The translations under genes were made by a program, and so were the position numbers. From positions 1 through 26,886 of the forward strand of contig JBBRXO010000025.1 in the NCBI GenBank assembly GCA_038248345.1: DNA of 26,886 nt, given 5' to 3'. The DNA is from Armatimonadota bacterium (lineage in GTDB: Bacteria > Armatimonadota > Hebobacteria > CAIYQO01). Of this stretch, positions 9,145 to 18,231 are shown piece after piece; position 1 is the stretch's first letter; every line of letters begins with the position of its first letter. Under the pieces are notes generated by a model that saw only the letters and a program-made list of their open reading frames with translations, had not been told where the DNA came from and did not search any database.

Positions 9145-10626
9145 ATGCCTAAGGATTTGGAGCGCGAACTGAAATCGACCTCGCCAAAATTTATAAAGAA
9201 CCTGATTGCGATTGGCATTCCGTTCGCATTTACGATATTTGCTGGATTTCTGCTTTTTAATTGGATGACAAATGGGCATAAGCTGGACTTTAATATTATC
9301 CGACGGGATAAGTCCGCCGCTGCGTCTACCAATAATGGCGCTTCAGCCACCACGTCGGGGGCCGTCAACGGCACCGGTGATGTTGATAACAAATCCGGGC
9401 TGGTCACTACCTTCACGCCGGGATATGGAAAAGCGGCTAGCCTCCCGGGCGCGTGGCCACGCTACCGCGGGGAGAAATTCGACGGGATAAGCTATGAAAA
9501 CGTTCCCTTGGCGCGCAGTTGGCCCGCCGACGGCCCCAAGGCCCTGTGGACAATAGAGATGGGCGATGGGTATGCCGGGCCAGCGATTTCAAATGGACGG
9601 GTATATGTGCTGGATTACGATAATAAAATCAAAGGCGACGCGTTGCGCTGCCTGTCGCTTGATGACGGGGCGGAAATATGGCGGAGGTCATACCAAGTAG
9701 TAGTGAAGCCGAATCACGGAATGTCGCGTACTGTACCTGCCGTAACGGATAAATATGTTTTAACAATCGGCCCCATGTGCCAAACAATGTGTGTAAAGGC
9801 GGACAGCGGTGAATTCCTCTGGGGCATCGACCTGGTGAAAAATTACGAAGCCGAACCACCGCCGTGGTATGCCAGCCAATGCCCACTGATAGACGATGAT
9901 AAAGCTATTATCGCTCCCGGCGGCAAAGCGCTGATGATAGCAGTGGACTGCGCCACTGGCAAAGTACTCTGGGAGACCCCCAATCCAAAACGCTGGAGTA
10001 TGACGCACAGCAGTATCATTCCGATAACTATCGCGAATAAAAAAGCCTACCTTTACCCTGCCAGCGGCGGGATTATTGCCGTTGATGCTGCAGACGGAAA
10101 ATTGCTCTGGGATTATCCCGAATGGACGGTAAAGACGGCGAATGTGCCCATGCCGGTGGTAGTGGGCGAGAATCGCCTCTTCTTCTGTGGCGGCTATGAC
10201 GCCGGAAGTATGCTGGCGAAGGTCAGTACAGGTGGCTTGGTGGAGAGCTGGCGCAAACCGCAGGATGTCTTTGGGACGGATCAGATTACGCCGATTTTTT
10301 ACAATGGCTTCATCTACGGCACCCGGCATGGACAGGAGTTCGTCTGCCTTGATCTGGACGGAAATGTGAAGTGGCAATCTGGCAGCACTAACCGCTTCGG
10401 CCAGTACGGAGGGCCATACATCATCGCTGATGGGATGATATATGTCATGGATGACGCCGGGGTTCTCACTTTAATGGAAGCAAACCCGGAGAAATTCACA
10501 TCATTAGGTAGTTTCACCGCCTTTGCAAATGGTAAAGATAGTTGGGGACCGCTAGCTATCGCCGGAGGGCTTTTGATTGCACGGGATTATAACCGTATGA
10601 CCTGTTTCGATGTGGCACGACACTGA
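9145..10626 (+). CDS. Membrane-anchored PQQ-like (BamB-like) beta-propeller protein
   Basis: N-terminal TM, Ser/Thr/Gly linker, WPRYRG, repeated Trp-docking motifs (GAEIW, GEFLW, GKVLW, GKLLW, GNVKW); GGAGG RBS. Confidence 0.85.
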   Translation: MPKDLERELKSTSPKFIKNLIAIGIPFAFTIFAGFLLFNWMTNGHKLDFNIIRRDKSAAASTNNGASATTSGAVNGTGDVDNKSGLVTTFTPGYGKAASLPGAWPRYRGEKFDGISYENVPLARSWPADGPKALWTIEMGDGYAGPAISNGRVYVLDYDNKIKGDALRCLSLDDGAEIWRRSYQVVVKPNHGMSRTVPAVTDKYVLTIGPMCQTMCVKADSGEFLWGIDLVKNYEAEPPPWYASQCPLIDDDKAIIAPGGKALMIAVDCATGKVLWETPNPKRWSMTHSSIIPITIANKKAYLYPASGGIIAVDAADGKLLWDYPEWTVKTANVPMPVVVGENRLFFCGGYDAGSMLAKVSTGGLVESWRKPQDVFGTDQITPIFYNGFIYGTRHGQEFVCLDLDGNVKWQSGSTNRFGQYGGPYIIADGMIYVMDDAGVLTLMEANPEKFTSLGSFTAFANGKDSWGPLAIAGGLLIARDYNRMTCFDVARH

Positions 10627-11594
10627 TGAATTACGATCCTGAAGAAGAAGAAGAATCCAAAGTTTCGCGCCGATACGATTCAGTACTGGCTGGGGTTGTT
10701 GCCGTGGTGGTGCTGGCCGCGGTACTGATAATATCTAATATGAAGAAATCCGGCTTGCAGACCCCTCCACTGCCCACCGAGCGTGCCGCCAGCGTGGAAA
10801 ATGCCGCGCGGGGTTACCATGAGACAGATTCAATCCCCACCGGTTTTGCCGTACCTAGCGGTCTAGCCTTGGGCCTTAATGGTCAGCTCTTTGTAGTGGG
10901 CGATAAAGCGCTGCATATTATCAACGCGAATGGCGAGTATATTGAGCAAACACTGGATGGCAAACCCACTTGCGTAGCGTTGAGCAAGGACAATCTGCTC
11001 TACGTCGGCATGGGAGATCACGTGGTGGTGCTGGATAACTGCGGACGTTGGCAGGCAACATGGGACAGTCTACCCGAAGGTTCATTACTAACATCCATAG
11101 CAATACATGAGAATGATATCTGGGTGGCCGACGCGGGCATGAAGACTGTCCACCACTATGACAAAAAAGGGAATCTCCTCGGCGAACTGGGGAGTAAACT
11201 GGTGGTGCCCAGCCCGCATTTAGATGTGGCCGTGGCCACTGACGGGCGCGTATGGATCGTCAATCCGGGTATACACCGGCTGGAAGAGTACGGCGGCGTA
11301 GGAAACCTTTTGCGCAGTTGGGGCGTATTCAATGCGGAATTAGCTGGCTTCACTGGATGTTGCAACCCAACGGATTTCGCCTTCCTGCCCGACGGACGCT
11401 TCGTCACCGCCGAGAAAGGCATCGCACGGGTGAAGACCTACCAAACTGATGGCACGCTGGACGCGCTGGTGGCAGGGCCTGATGATTTCGCTCCCAGTGA
11501 TGTGGGGTTGGATTTGGCAACGGATGCCGGTGGACGCATATTTGTATTAGACCCATTAGCGCATAACGTGCGGATATTCTCCGCCAAACAATAA
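10626..11594 (+). CDS. Membrane-anchored NHL-repeat beta-propeller protein
   Basis: TM segment, then NHL-like repeats (PSGLAL, PTCVAL, IWVAD, DGRVWIVNPG, GRIFVLD); GCCNP motif; TGATG coupling. Confidence 0.8.
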   Translation: MNYDPEEEEESKVSRRYDSVLAGVVAVVVLAAVLIISNMKKSGLQTPPLPTERAASVENAARGYHETDSIPTGFAVPSGLALGLNGQLFVVGDKALHIINANGEYIEQTLDGKPTCVALSKDNLLYVGMGDHVVVLDNCGRWQATWDSLPEGSLLTSIAIHENDIWVADAGMKTVHHYDKKGNLLGELGSKLVVPSPHLDVAVATDGRVWIVNPGIHRLEEYGGVGNLLRSWGVFNAELAGFTGCCNPTDFAFLPDGRFVTAEKGIARVKTYQTDGTLDALVAGPDDFAPSDVGLDLATDAGGRIFVLDPLAHNVRIFSAKQ

Positions 11595-11603
11595 GGCGAG
11601 CAG

Positions 11604-11828
11604 ATGAGTGACGAGATAGATACCAAAAAACGGGAGTTTCTCCGCACGGCCGCGCGGACAGCGGTGCTCGGCGTCTTCGCCTTCGGCGTGGGGGCGCTAC
11701 TGACCCGGCACACGACTGAATGTACCGGTTCCTTCGCTTGTCGCCAATGCGGGGCATTGGACGGGTGCAAACTGCCGCAAGCAGAGGCTGCCTGGCAGGC
11801 GATACAGAAGGAATATGATGGCCGATAA
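11604..11828 (+). CDS. Small Cys-rich protein with Tat-like leader or membrane anchor
   Basis: KKREFL plus hydrophobic stretch, then C-x5-C-x2-C-x5-C; fits exactly between neighbouring operon genes. Confidence 0.7.
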   Translation: MSDEIDTKKREFLRTAARTAVLGVFAFGVGALLTRHTTECTGSFACRQCGALDGCKLPQAEAAWQAIQKEYDGR

Positions 11829-12396
11829 CGCTAAAAAAGATGTGGGGCTGAATCGCCGAGAATTCCTCACCGAGGCTATCCGGGCTGCCAGCCTGCTGGC
11901 GCTGGGTAGTACTATTGGCCTGCTCGCAACCAGCCGCGCCAGCGCCCGCGCCTCGGTCTGGCAGATTGACCCCTATAAATGTACCAACTGCGGCAAATGT
12001 GCCACCGAATGCGTGCTGCACCCTTCAGCTGTGAAGTGCATGCGCTCCTACAAAATCTGCGGTTATTGCGACATGTGCTTCGGTTTCTTTAAAGCCAATC
12101 CTGATGCCAAAGCTGAATCAGCCGAGAACGAACGCTGCCCGGTGGGCGCCATCCAACGCCGCAGCGTCGAGTATCCCTACTATGAGTATATGATCGACAC
12201 AGAAAAATGTATCGGCTGCGGCAACTGCACTGGTGGATGCAACGACTTTGGCAATGGCAGTATGTTCCTGCAGATCAGCCACGACATCTGTATGCACTGC
12301 AACCAATGCAGCATCGCCCGCGTCTGCCCACCGCAAGCCATCAGCCGGATCCCTGCAGATGTTGCGTATTTGAAGAAACCTCGGGAGAAGAAGTAG
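11815..12396 (+). CDS. Tat-exported polyferredoxin (NapG/MauM-like, probably four [4Fe-4S])
   Basis: NRREFL twin-arginine motif, h-region, ARA site; 17 Cys including CTNCGKCATEC, CGYCDMC, CIGCGNCTGGC, CMHCNQC...CP. Confidence 0.85.
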   Translation: MMADNAKKDVGLNRREFLTEAIRAASLLALGSTIGLLATSRASARASVWQIDPYKCTNCGKCATECVLHPSAVKCMRSYKICGYCDMCFGFFKANPDAKAESAENERCPVGAIQRRSVEYPYYEYMIDTEKCIGCGNCTGGCNDFGNGSMFLQISHDICMHCNQCSIARVCPPQAISRIPADVAYLKKPREKK

Positions 12397-12410
12397 GAAG
12401 TAGGTATGCA

Positions 12411-12536
12411 CCACCCCCCTAAGGAGGTGGCTAACAGCTGTAAGCGCCCTGAAGAGCGCTATCATTCGGAGCAGAAAAGTCCGCGAAGGCGGACGACCGG
12501 CGCGAATCGCCCTGCAGCCGGGACTTTGATCCCAGC
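12411..12536. repeat. Multi-hairpin REP-like intergenic element
   Basis: Four imperfect palindromes: 12411-12430, 12443-12460, 12479-12494, 12517-12536. Confidence 0.6.
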
Positions 12537-12584
12537 AGAAAATTTGCAAAATATAATAACCAGAGACCAGGAACATTACAATAA

Positions 12585-13883
12585 ATGCGCAAATTAATCC
12601 GATACCTAATAATATTGGCCATTCCTATTGTCACATTCGGGCAGGAGTATAACTTCACTTCGCCACCGCAGTTTAGCGATGGTATTAAACCGCAGTGGTT
12701 GCAGGAGTTTTATCCGGCTGTACGGGCGGAGTGGCTCACTTATCTGGATATTGCTCTGTTGTTGTTAGCGATGGGTGTCACCGCCTGGTTACTACTTAAA
12801 AAGCGCTCACGCAACGGGGTGTTTGTCGTCATGTTGCTGTCGCTCCTTTATTTTGGCTTCTATCGACACGGGTGTATCTGCTCTATCGGCGCCATCCAGA
12901 ATGTGGCGATGTCGATGTTCAATCCTTCCCAGGCGTTGCCCGTAGCGACGCTCATCTTTTTCCTCGCGCCACTGGTCTTTACGCTCTTCTATGGCCGGGT
13001 ATTTTGCGCGGGCGTCTGCCCACTGGGGGCGCTGCAAGACCTGGTGCAATTGAAACCACTACAGCTACCGCGCTGGCTTGAGCAGTCGCTGGGCATTATC
13101 CCTTTCATCTACCTGGGCCTCGGCGTCCTTTATGCCGCCACCGGTTCAGTCTTTCTTATCTGTCAATATGATCCTTTCGTCGCCTTCTTCCGGCTCTCTG
13201 GCACTTCTACCATGCTCATCGGCGGCGCTGTTATCCTCGCAATCGGCACAGTCGTGGGGCGTCCCTACTGCCGCTTCCTCTGCCCCTACAGCGCCCTGCT
13301 GCGGATACTCGGGCCATTAGCGCGTTGGCGAGTACGCATCACTCCTACCGAATGTATCCAATGCCACTTGTGTGCGGATGCCTGCCCATATAATGCTATC
13401 AATCCCCCCACGCCGGAGCCGACAGTGGGCAAACGCGCTGAGGGGAAAAAGCAGCTGGCGCTGCTACTGGTACTACTACCGATGCTGATCGTCGGCGGCA
13501 GCTATCTGGGACGGGCCGCCGCCCCAACGCTGGCGCAGCTTGACCGTACAGTATATACCGCGAACCTTGTGCGGCAGGAGATTCAACTGACAGGCCATAT
13601 CACCCGCAAGTCATATGAGACTTACGCCTATGCGCGAACCGGAAAACCGGCGAGTGACATCTATAAACAAGCGGCGGATATCCACGCCAAATTCCTGCTT
13701 GGCAGCACTATTCTCGGCGGATATCTTGGGCTAGTTTTCGGCGCTACTCTCCTCGGCCTGGCCATTCGCCGCCGCCGTGTTGATTATGAAACCGACCCTG
13801 CACGTTGCCTCGCCTGTGGACGTTGCTATGATTCCTGCCCTTTCTCACATGTGGAGACTACGCCGGATGAGGTGTCACCATGA
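12585..13883 (+). CDS. Polytopic membrane 4Fe-4S binding protein (NapH/MauN/YccM-like)
   Basis: Multiple TM helices; GRVFCAGVCPLG and RPYCRFLCPY (CxxxCP); GCICSIG; ferredoxin motifs CIQCHLCADACP and CLACGRCYDSCP. Confidence 0.88.
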   Translation: MRKLIRYLIILAIPIVTFGQEYNFTSPPQFSDGIKPQWLQEFYPAVRAEWLTYLDIALLLLAMGVTAWLLLKKRSRNGVFVVMLLSLLYFGFYRHGCICSIGAIQNVAMSMFNPSQALPVATLIFFLAPLVFTLFYGRVFCAGVCPLGALQDLVQLKPLQLPRWLEQSLGIIPFIYLGLGVLYAATGSVFLICQYDPFVAFFRLSGTSTMLIGGAVILAIGTVVGRPYCRFLCPYSALLRILGPLARWRVRITPTECIQCHLCADACPYNAINPPTPEPTVGKRAEGKKQLALLLVLLPMLIVGGSYLGRAAAPTLAQLDRTVYTANLVRQEIQLTGHITRKSYETYAYARTGKPASDIYKQAADIHAKFLLGSTILGGYLGLVFGATLLGLAIRRRRVDYETDPARCLACGRCYDSCPFSHVETTPDEVSP

Positions 13884-15796
13884 CGGTTAAATTGATCACG
13901 CACAAAACCGATGAGGAGATCGCTCGCGCCTGGTATCAGGCGGCATTACGCCTCGCTATCCTCGCCGCCCTCATCAGCATCATCGGAGGCATTATGCTTG
14001 GGCAGGCCTGGACACAGAAAAAAAACAATGATCCGTTTCGTAATAAGCAGATTACTGGCCTGGTAATGCAATTGAGTAAGGAACAGGATCCGGCAAAAAA
14101 GGATATCCTGATCGAGCAAATTCGCCGAAAAGATGTTGAGGTGAACCGAGAATTCCGCAAAGCGGAGTCGTTTATCCATTCTGGCATTTACTTGCTGCTG
14201 GGTAGTCTGGCGATATTTGTTTTGGGTGCCAGAGTTGCCGTCCACTACCGCGAAAAGCTACCGGTGCCACAACATAAATCGCGCGATAACATCTGGATTT
14301 CCGCGGGGGTAAGCCGCCGGGCGGTGATAATGCTGGGCGTGTTACTCATTGGGGTGGCGTCTATCATAGTGGCCAAATCTCCCGGTGACCCCTTCGCCAC
14401 GTTAGCGCTGATATCATCGGGCAATATGGCCATGCCGGAGAAAGGATCACCCGCCAACTCCGCCACAGTCACCGCCGCCTTGCCCGGCTCTGCTACCATC
14501 GGCTCCGCCGCCTCTGCGGCTACTGTTTTCGTAGATCGCTGGCTGCCGGCTATCGAAGTGCCGGGGCTGGCCACCGGCAGCAACGGCGATGCCCTGCACA
14601 ACTGGCCTTCATTTCGTGGGCCGCTAGGCACCGGCGTAACCTTCGAGGCCACACCACCTTTCAGCTGGGACGCAGCAACCGGGGAGAATATCCTCTGGAA
14701 AGTGCCCGTCGATTTACCCGGCATGTGCTCACCCATCGTGTGGGGAGATAAAGTCTTCCTCGCTGGCGCCACTGAAGATAAGCGTGAAGTCTATTGCTAC
14801 AACGGTACTACGGGTACGCTACTCTGGAAAAAAGAAGTATCCGCTGGAGATAATGAACCGAAAGAAAAGCCATCTGTCTTCGCAGATACCGGCTTCGCCG
14901 CGCCCACCATGGCCACCGACGGTAACCTGGTCTATGCTATCTTCGCCAACGGTGATATCGCCGGATTTGATTTGGATGGTAACCAGAAATGGGTCAGAAA
15001 TCACTGGGGCATTCCCAGCTCCTACTATGGTTATTCCTCCTCACTACTCCTCTATCGTAACCGACTAATAGTGCAGATGGATCAGGACTTAACGGACAAA
15101 AGCGAAGTTGAAATCCCACGAAATATCTCCTGCCTGGATGGCAGCACCGGAGCAATTGTGTGGACAACAGCACGCCCGCCTGACGCCGGGAACACCTGGT
15201 CCTCACCGATTCTGATCAATACCGGCACGCGAGAAGAGATCATCACTGCCGGCCGCCCTTATGCAATTTCTTATGATCCGCTGACGGGTGCGGAACTATG
15301 GCGCGCGAACTGCCTGGGAGGCGATGTCGGCCCCTCGCCGATATACGCAGGTGGGTTAGTCTTTGTTGCTGAAGAAAGCGAGAAGCTCTCCGCTATCCGC
15401 CCCGGTGGAAGTGGCGATGTAACTAAAAATATCGTCTGGCAAGCGGAAGATGACCTGCCAAACACTGTCAGCCCGGTGAGTAATGGCGACCTGCTCTTCA
15501 TCACTTCCGGTGAAGGAAAGATCTCCTGCTATGATGTAGCCACTGGTAAGCAATATTGGCAGCACACATTCGGAAATGCTAGCGCCTACTCTTCACCCGT
15601 GCTGGTGCGCAACAGCATCTTCTATACCAATCGCGATGGAAACACCTACATCTTCCCCGCTGAACGTACCTTCAGTGAGGATCAAGTGAGAACTAATGTC
15701 ATCAAAGATACTATCGACGCCTCCATGGCAGTGGTGGGTGGAAGAATTTACCTGCGCGGTAAGGAGACACTCTACTGCATTGGCGCGAAACCGTAA
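13880..15796 (+). CDS. PQQ-like beta-propeller protein with three N-terminal TM helices
   Basis: Three hydrophobic segments, Ala/Ser linker, NWPSFRGP, repeated ENILWK/GTLLW/GNQKW/GAIVW/GAELW/GKQYW and SSP motifs; ATGA overlap with upstream gene. Confidence 0.85.
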   Translation: MTVKLITHKTDEEIARAWYQAALRLAILAALISIIGGIMLGQAWTQKKNNDPFRNKQITGLVMQLSKEQDPAKKDILIEQIRRKDVEVNREFRKAESFIHSGIYLLLGSLAIFVLGARVAVHYREKLPVPQHKSRDNIWISAGVSRRAVIMLGVLLIGVASIIVAKSPGDPFATLALISSGNMAMPEKGSPANSATVTAALPGSATIGSAASAATVFVDRWLPAIEVPGLATGSNGDALHNWPSFRGPLGTGVTFEATPPFSWDAATGENILWKVPVDLPGMCSPIVWGDKVFLAGATEDKREVYCYNGTTGTLLWKKEVSAGDNEPKEKPSVFADTGFAAPTMATDGNLVYAIFANGDIAGFDLDGNQKWVRNHWGIPSSYYGYSSSLLLYRNRLIVQMDQDLTDKSEVEIPRNISCLDGSTGAIVWTTARPPDAGNTWSSPILINTGTREEIITAGRPYAISYDPLTGAELWRANCLGGDVGPSPIYAGGLVFVAEESEKLSAIRPGGSGDVTKNIVWQAEDDLPNTVSPVSNGDLLFITSGEGKISCYDVATGKQYWQHTFGNASAYSSPVLVRNSIFYTNRDGNTYIFPAERTFSEDQVRTNVIKDTIDASMAVVGGRIYLRGKETLYCIGAKP

Positions 15797-15807
15797 GGAT
15801 AGGAAGA

Positions 15808-18192
15808 ATGACGACCACGTTAGATAAAAACAGCGCCCCGACGGACGTCATCGACCTGTCTTTTGTCGATGAGATAGTTGCGCGTATCGGGTGTACCCCT
15901 GACAAGTCTATCCCGCTGCTACAGGCGCTGCAGGAGCATTACCGCTACCTGCCCCAGCCCGCCATGGAGCGTATCTGTGCAATCACGGAGATCACCCCGG
16001 CAGCGATATCCGGCGTGGCCAGCTTCTATACACAGTTCCGGCACTTGCCTATGGGCCAGCACCTGGTGAGCGTTTGCCACGGCACCGCCTGCCACGTGAA
16101 GGGCGCACCGCTAATCAGCGAGACGCTAGCGCGCACCTTGCATATTGCTGAAGGGGAAGATACTGACCCCGATGGCGTCTTCACCATACAGAAGGTCGCC
16201 TGCCTTGGTTGCTGCACGCTGGCACCGGTAATGCAGATTGATGGTGTCACCTATGGTCACCTCACCAGCGAGAACGTGCCACGCGCACTACAGGATTTCC
16301 TCCACCTGGCAAAATCCGGCGCGCTGGGGCAAGCCGCCGATGATTTCATTCCGGGCGCGAATGGTATGGCGGAGATCCGCATCGGCGTTGGCTCCTGCTG
16401 TATCGCCGGTGGCTCGATGAAAGTACGCGATGAGCTGGAGACCGCTATCCACGAGGTAGGGGCGGATGTGGCCATTAAACCGGTGGGGTGCGTGGGCATG
16501 TGCCATCAGACTCCGCTGGTGGAAGTGGTGATGCCAACAGGCAAAAGCACCATCTACGCCAAGGTGCAACCGGACGACGCGGCGGAGATCATCCACCGAC
16601 ACTTCCAGCCCAAGGGGCTGCTGCGCAAATTATCACTCTCACTCTCGAAGCGACTGAGCAATATCCTCACCGATGAAGCATGGGAGCCGGTGACGCGCTA
16701 TGCCATTGATGTGCGCGACGCCCCGGTCTGCGCCTTCCTCGGTGAGCAGAAGCATATCGCCACAGAGCTGAGCGGGGCGCTGGATCCGCTGGATCTGGAC
16801 GCCTATATCGCCGCCGACGGTTTCGTCGCGCTGCGCAAAGTGCTGGACGAGGGCAAACCGGAGCAGGTGATTGCCGAAGTGAAGGCCAGCGGCCTGCGCG
16901 GACGCGGGGGCGCGGGCTTCAGCACCGGCACCAAGTGGGAGCTGGTACGGGCTGCCAAAAGTGAGCATAAATATGTGGTAATGAACGGCGATGAAGGCGA
17001 TCCTGGCGCCTTCATGGATCGCATGTTGCTGGAATCCTACCCCTACCGCGTGCTGGAGGGGCTGGCCATCGCCGCCTTCGCCATCGGCGCGCATGAGGGC
17101 GTGCTCTACATCCGCGCGGAGTATCCGCTGGCCGTACAACGCATCCGCGAAGCGATCCGCATCCTGGAGGCTGCTGATATCATTGGAAATAAGCTGATGG
17201 GTAAGACTTACCCACTGAAGTTGACGGTCATGGAGGGTGCCGGGGCCTTCGTGTGTGGTGAGGAAACGGCGCTGCTCGCCAGCATCGAGGGGAAACGCGG
17301 TATGCCGCACTTGCGGCCACCTTATCCCGCCGTCAAAGGATTGTGGGGGCTGCCAACGCTCATCAACAACGTAGAATCTTTTGCGCTAGTCTCTTGGATC
17401 ATTCGCCATGGAGCGACGGCCTTCGCCACGCTAGGCACAGAAAAGAGCAAGGGGACGAAAGTCTTCGCACTGGCGGGCAAAGTCGTCCGCGGCGGCCTCA
17501 TCGAAGTTCCCATGGGGATGACATTACGGCAGATAGTCACAGATATCGGCGGCGGTGTTCCCGACGGCGAGACGCTGAAGGCGGTGCAGATCGGCGGGCC
17601 TTCTGGTGGCTGCTTGCCCGCCCACCTGCTCGACATCCCGGTGGACTACGAAGCGTTGAACTCAGTGGGAGCTATCATGGGTTCGGGCGGGCTGGTGGTG
17701 TTGGATGGACACGACTGCATGGTGGATATGGCGCGCTATTTCCTGCAATTCACCCAAGAGCAATCTTGCGGCAAATGCACCTACTGCCGTATTGGCACCA
17801 GACGCATGCTCGATATATTGGAACGTATCTGCATTGGTAAGGGAAAGACCGGCGACCTGGAGAAGCTGGAAGAGTTGGCCCACATGGTGAAACACGGCAG
17901 TATTTGCGGCCTGGGGCAGACCGCCCCCAACCCGGTTCTCACCACATTACACTACTTCCGCGAGGAATATCTGGCGCACCTGGCAGGAAAATGCCCGGCA
18001 GGCAAGTGCAAAGAGCTGATTCATTACCGCATCACCGACGACTGTATCGGCTGCACCAAATGCGCGCAGGTGTGCCCAGTAGATGCCATCCCCATCGCTC
18101 CATACCAGATTCATGTGGTGGATGATGAAAAATGTACGCGCTGCGACAGTTGCCGCAGCGTCTGCCCGACTAATGCGATTGTGATTGAGTGA
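15808..18192 (+). CDS. NuoE-NuoF (HydC-HydB / BfuC-BfuB-like) fusion, NADH:FMN Fe-S subunit
   Basis: VCHGTAC...CLGCC [2Fe-2S]; second thioredoxin-like domain GSCC...GCVGMC; GLRGRGGAGF, NGDEGDPGAFMDR, FVCGEETAL, GGPSGGC, SCGKCTYCRIG...ICGLG; C-terminal 2x[4Fe-4S]. Confidence 0.93.
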   Translation: MTTTLDKNSAPTDVIDLSFVDEIVARIGCTPDKSIPLLQALQEHYRYLPQPAMERICAITEITPAAISGVASFYTQFRHLPMGQHLVSVCHGTACHVKGAPLISETLARTLHIAEGEDTDPDGVFTIQKVACLGCCTLAPVMQIDGVTYGHLTSENVPRALQDFLHLAKSGALGQAADDFIPGANGMAEIRIGVGSCCIAGGSMKVRDELETAIHEVGADVAIKPVGCVGMCHQTPLVEVVMPTGKSTIYAKVQPDDAAEIIHRHFQPKGLLRKLSLSLSKRLSNILTDEAWEPVTRYAIDVRDAPVCAFLGEQKHIATELSGALDPLDLDAYIAADGFVALRKVLDEGKPEQVIAEVKASGLRGRGGAGFSTGTKWELVRAAKSEHKYVVMNGDEGDPGAFMDRMLLESYPYRVLEGLAIAAFAIGAHEGVLYIRAEYPLAVQRIREAIRILEAADIIGNKLMGKTYPLKLTVMEGAGAFVCGEETALLASIEGKRGMPHLRPPYPAVKGLWGLPTLINNVESFALVSWIIRHGATAFATLGTEKSKGTKVFALAGKVVRGGLIEVPMGMTLRQIVTDIGGGVPDGETLKAVQIGGPSGGCLPAHLLDIPVDYEALNSVGAIMGSGGLVVLDGHDCMVDMARYFLQFTQEQSCGKCTYCRIGTRRMLDILERICIGKGKTGDLEKLEELAHMVKHGSICGLGQTAPNPVLTTLHYFREEYLAHLAGKCPAGKCKELIHYRITDDCIGCTKCAQVCPVDAIPIAPYQIHVVDDEKCTRCDSCRSVCPTNAIVIE

Positions 18193-18231
18193 GGCTGGGA
18201 GCGCACGCTTCCAGTACGATAGAGTGAAAAA

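Noticed and set aside
9027..9416. 129-aa minus-strand ORF over the divergent region
   Set aside because: Mostly antisense to the propeller gene, which has a clear RBS and domain structure.
12406..12597. 63-aa ORF in the operon gap
   Set aside because: It runs through the palindrome array and has no protein-like features; the region is better explained as a repeat element.
16639..17310. 223-aa minus-strand ORF and similar ORFs opposite tuf, rplA and the propeller genes
   Set aside because: Antisense to well-supported conserved genes; expected from codon bias.
18195..18214. Small hairpin between the NuoEF and NuoG-like genes
   Set aside because: 8-bp stem without a U-tract in a 39-nt gap; not enough to call a terminator or repeat.
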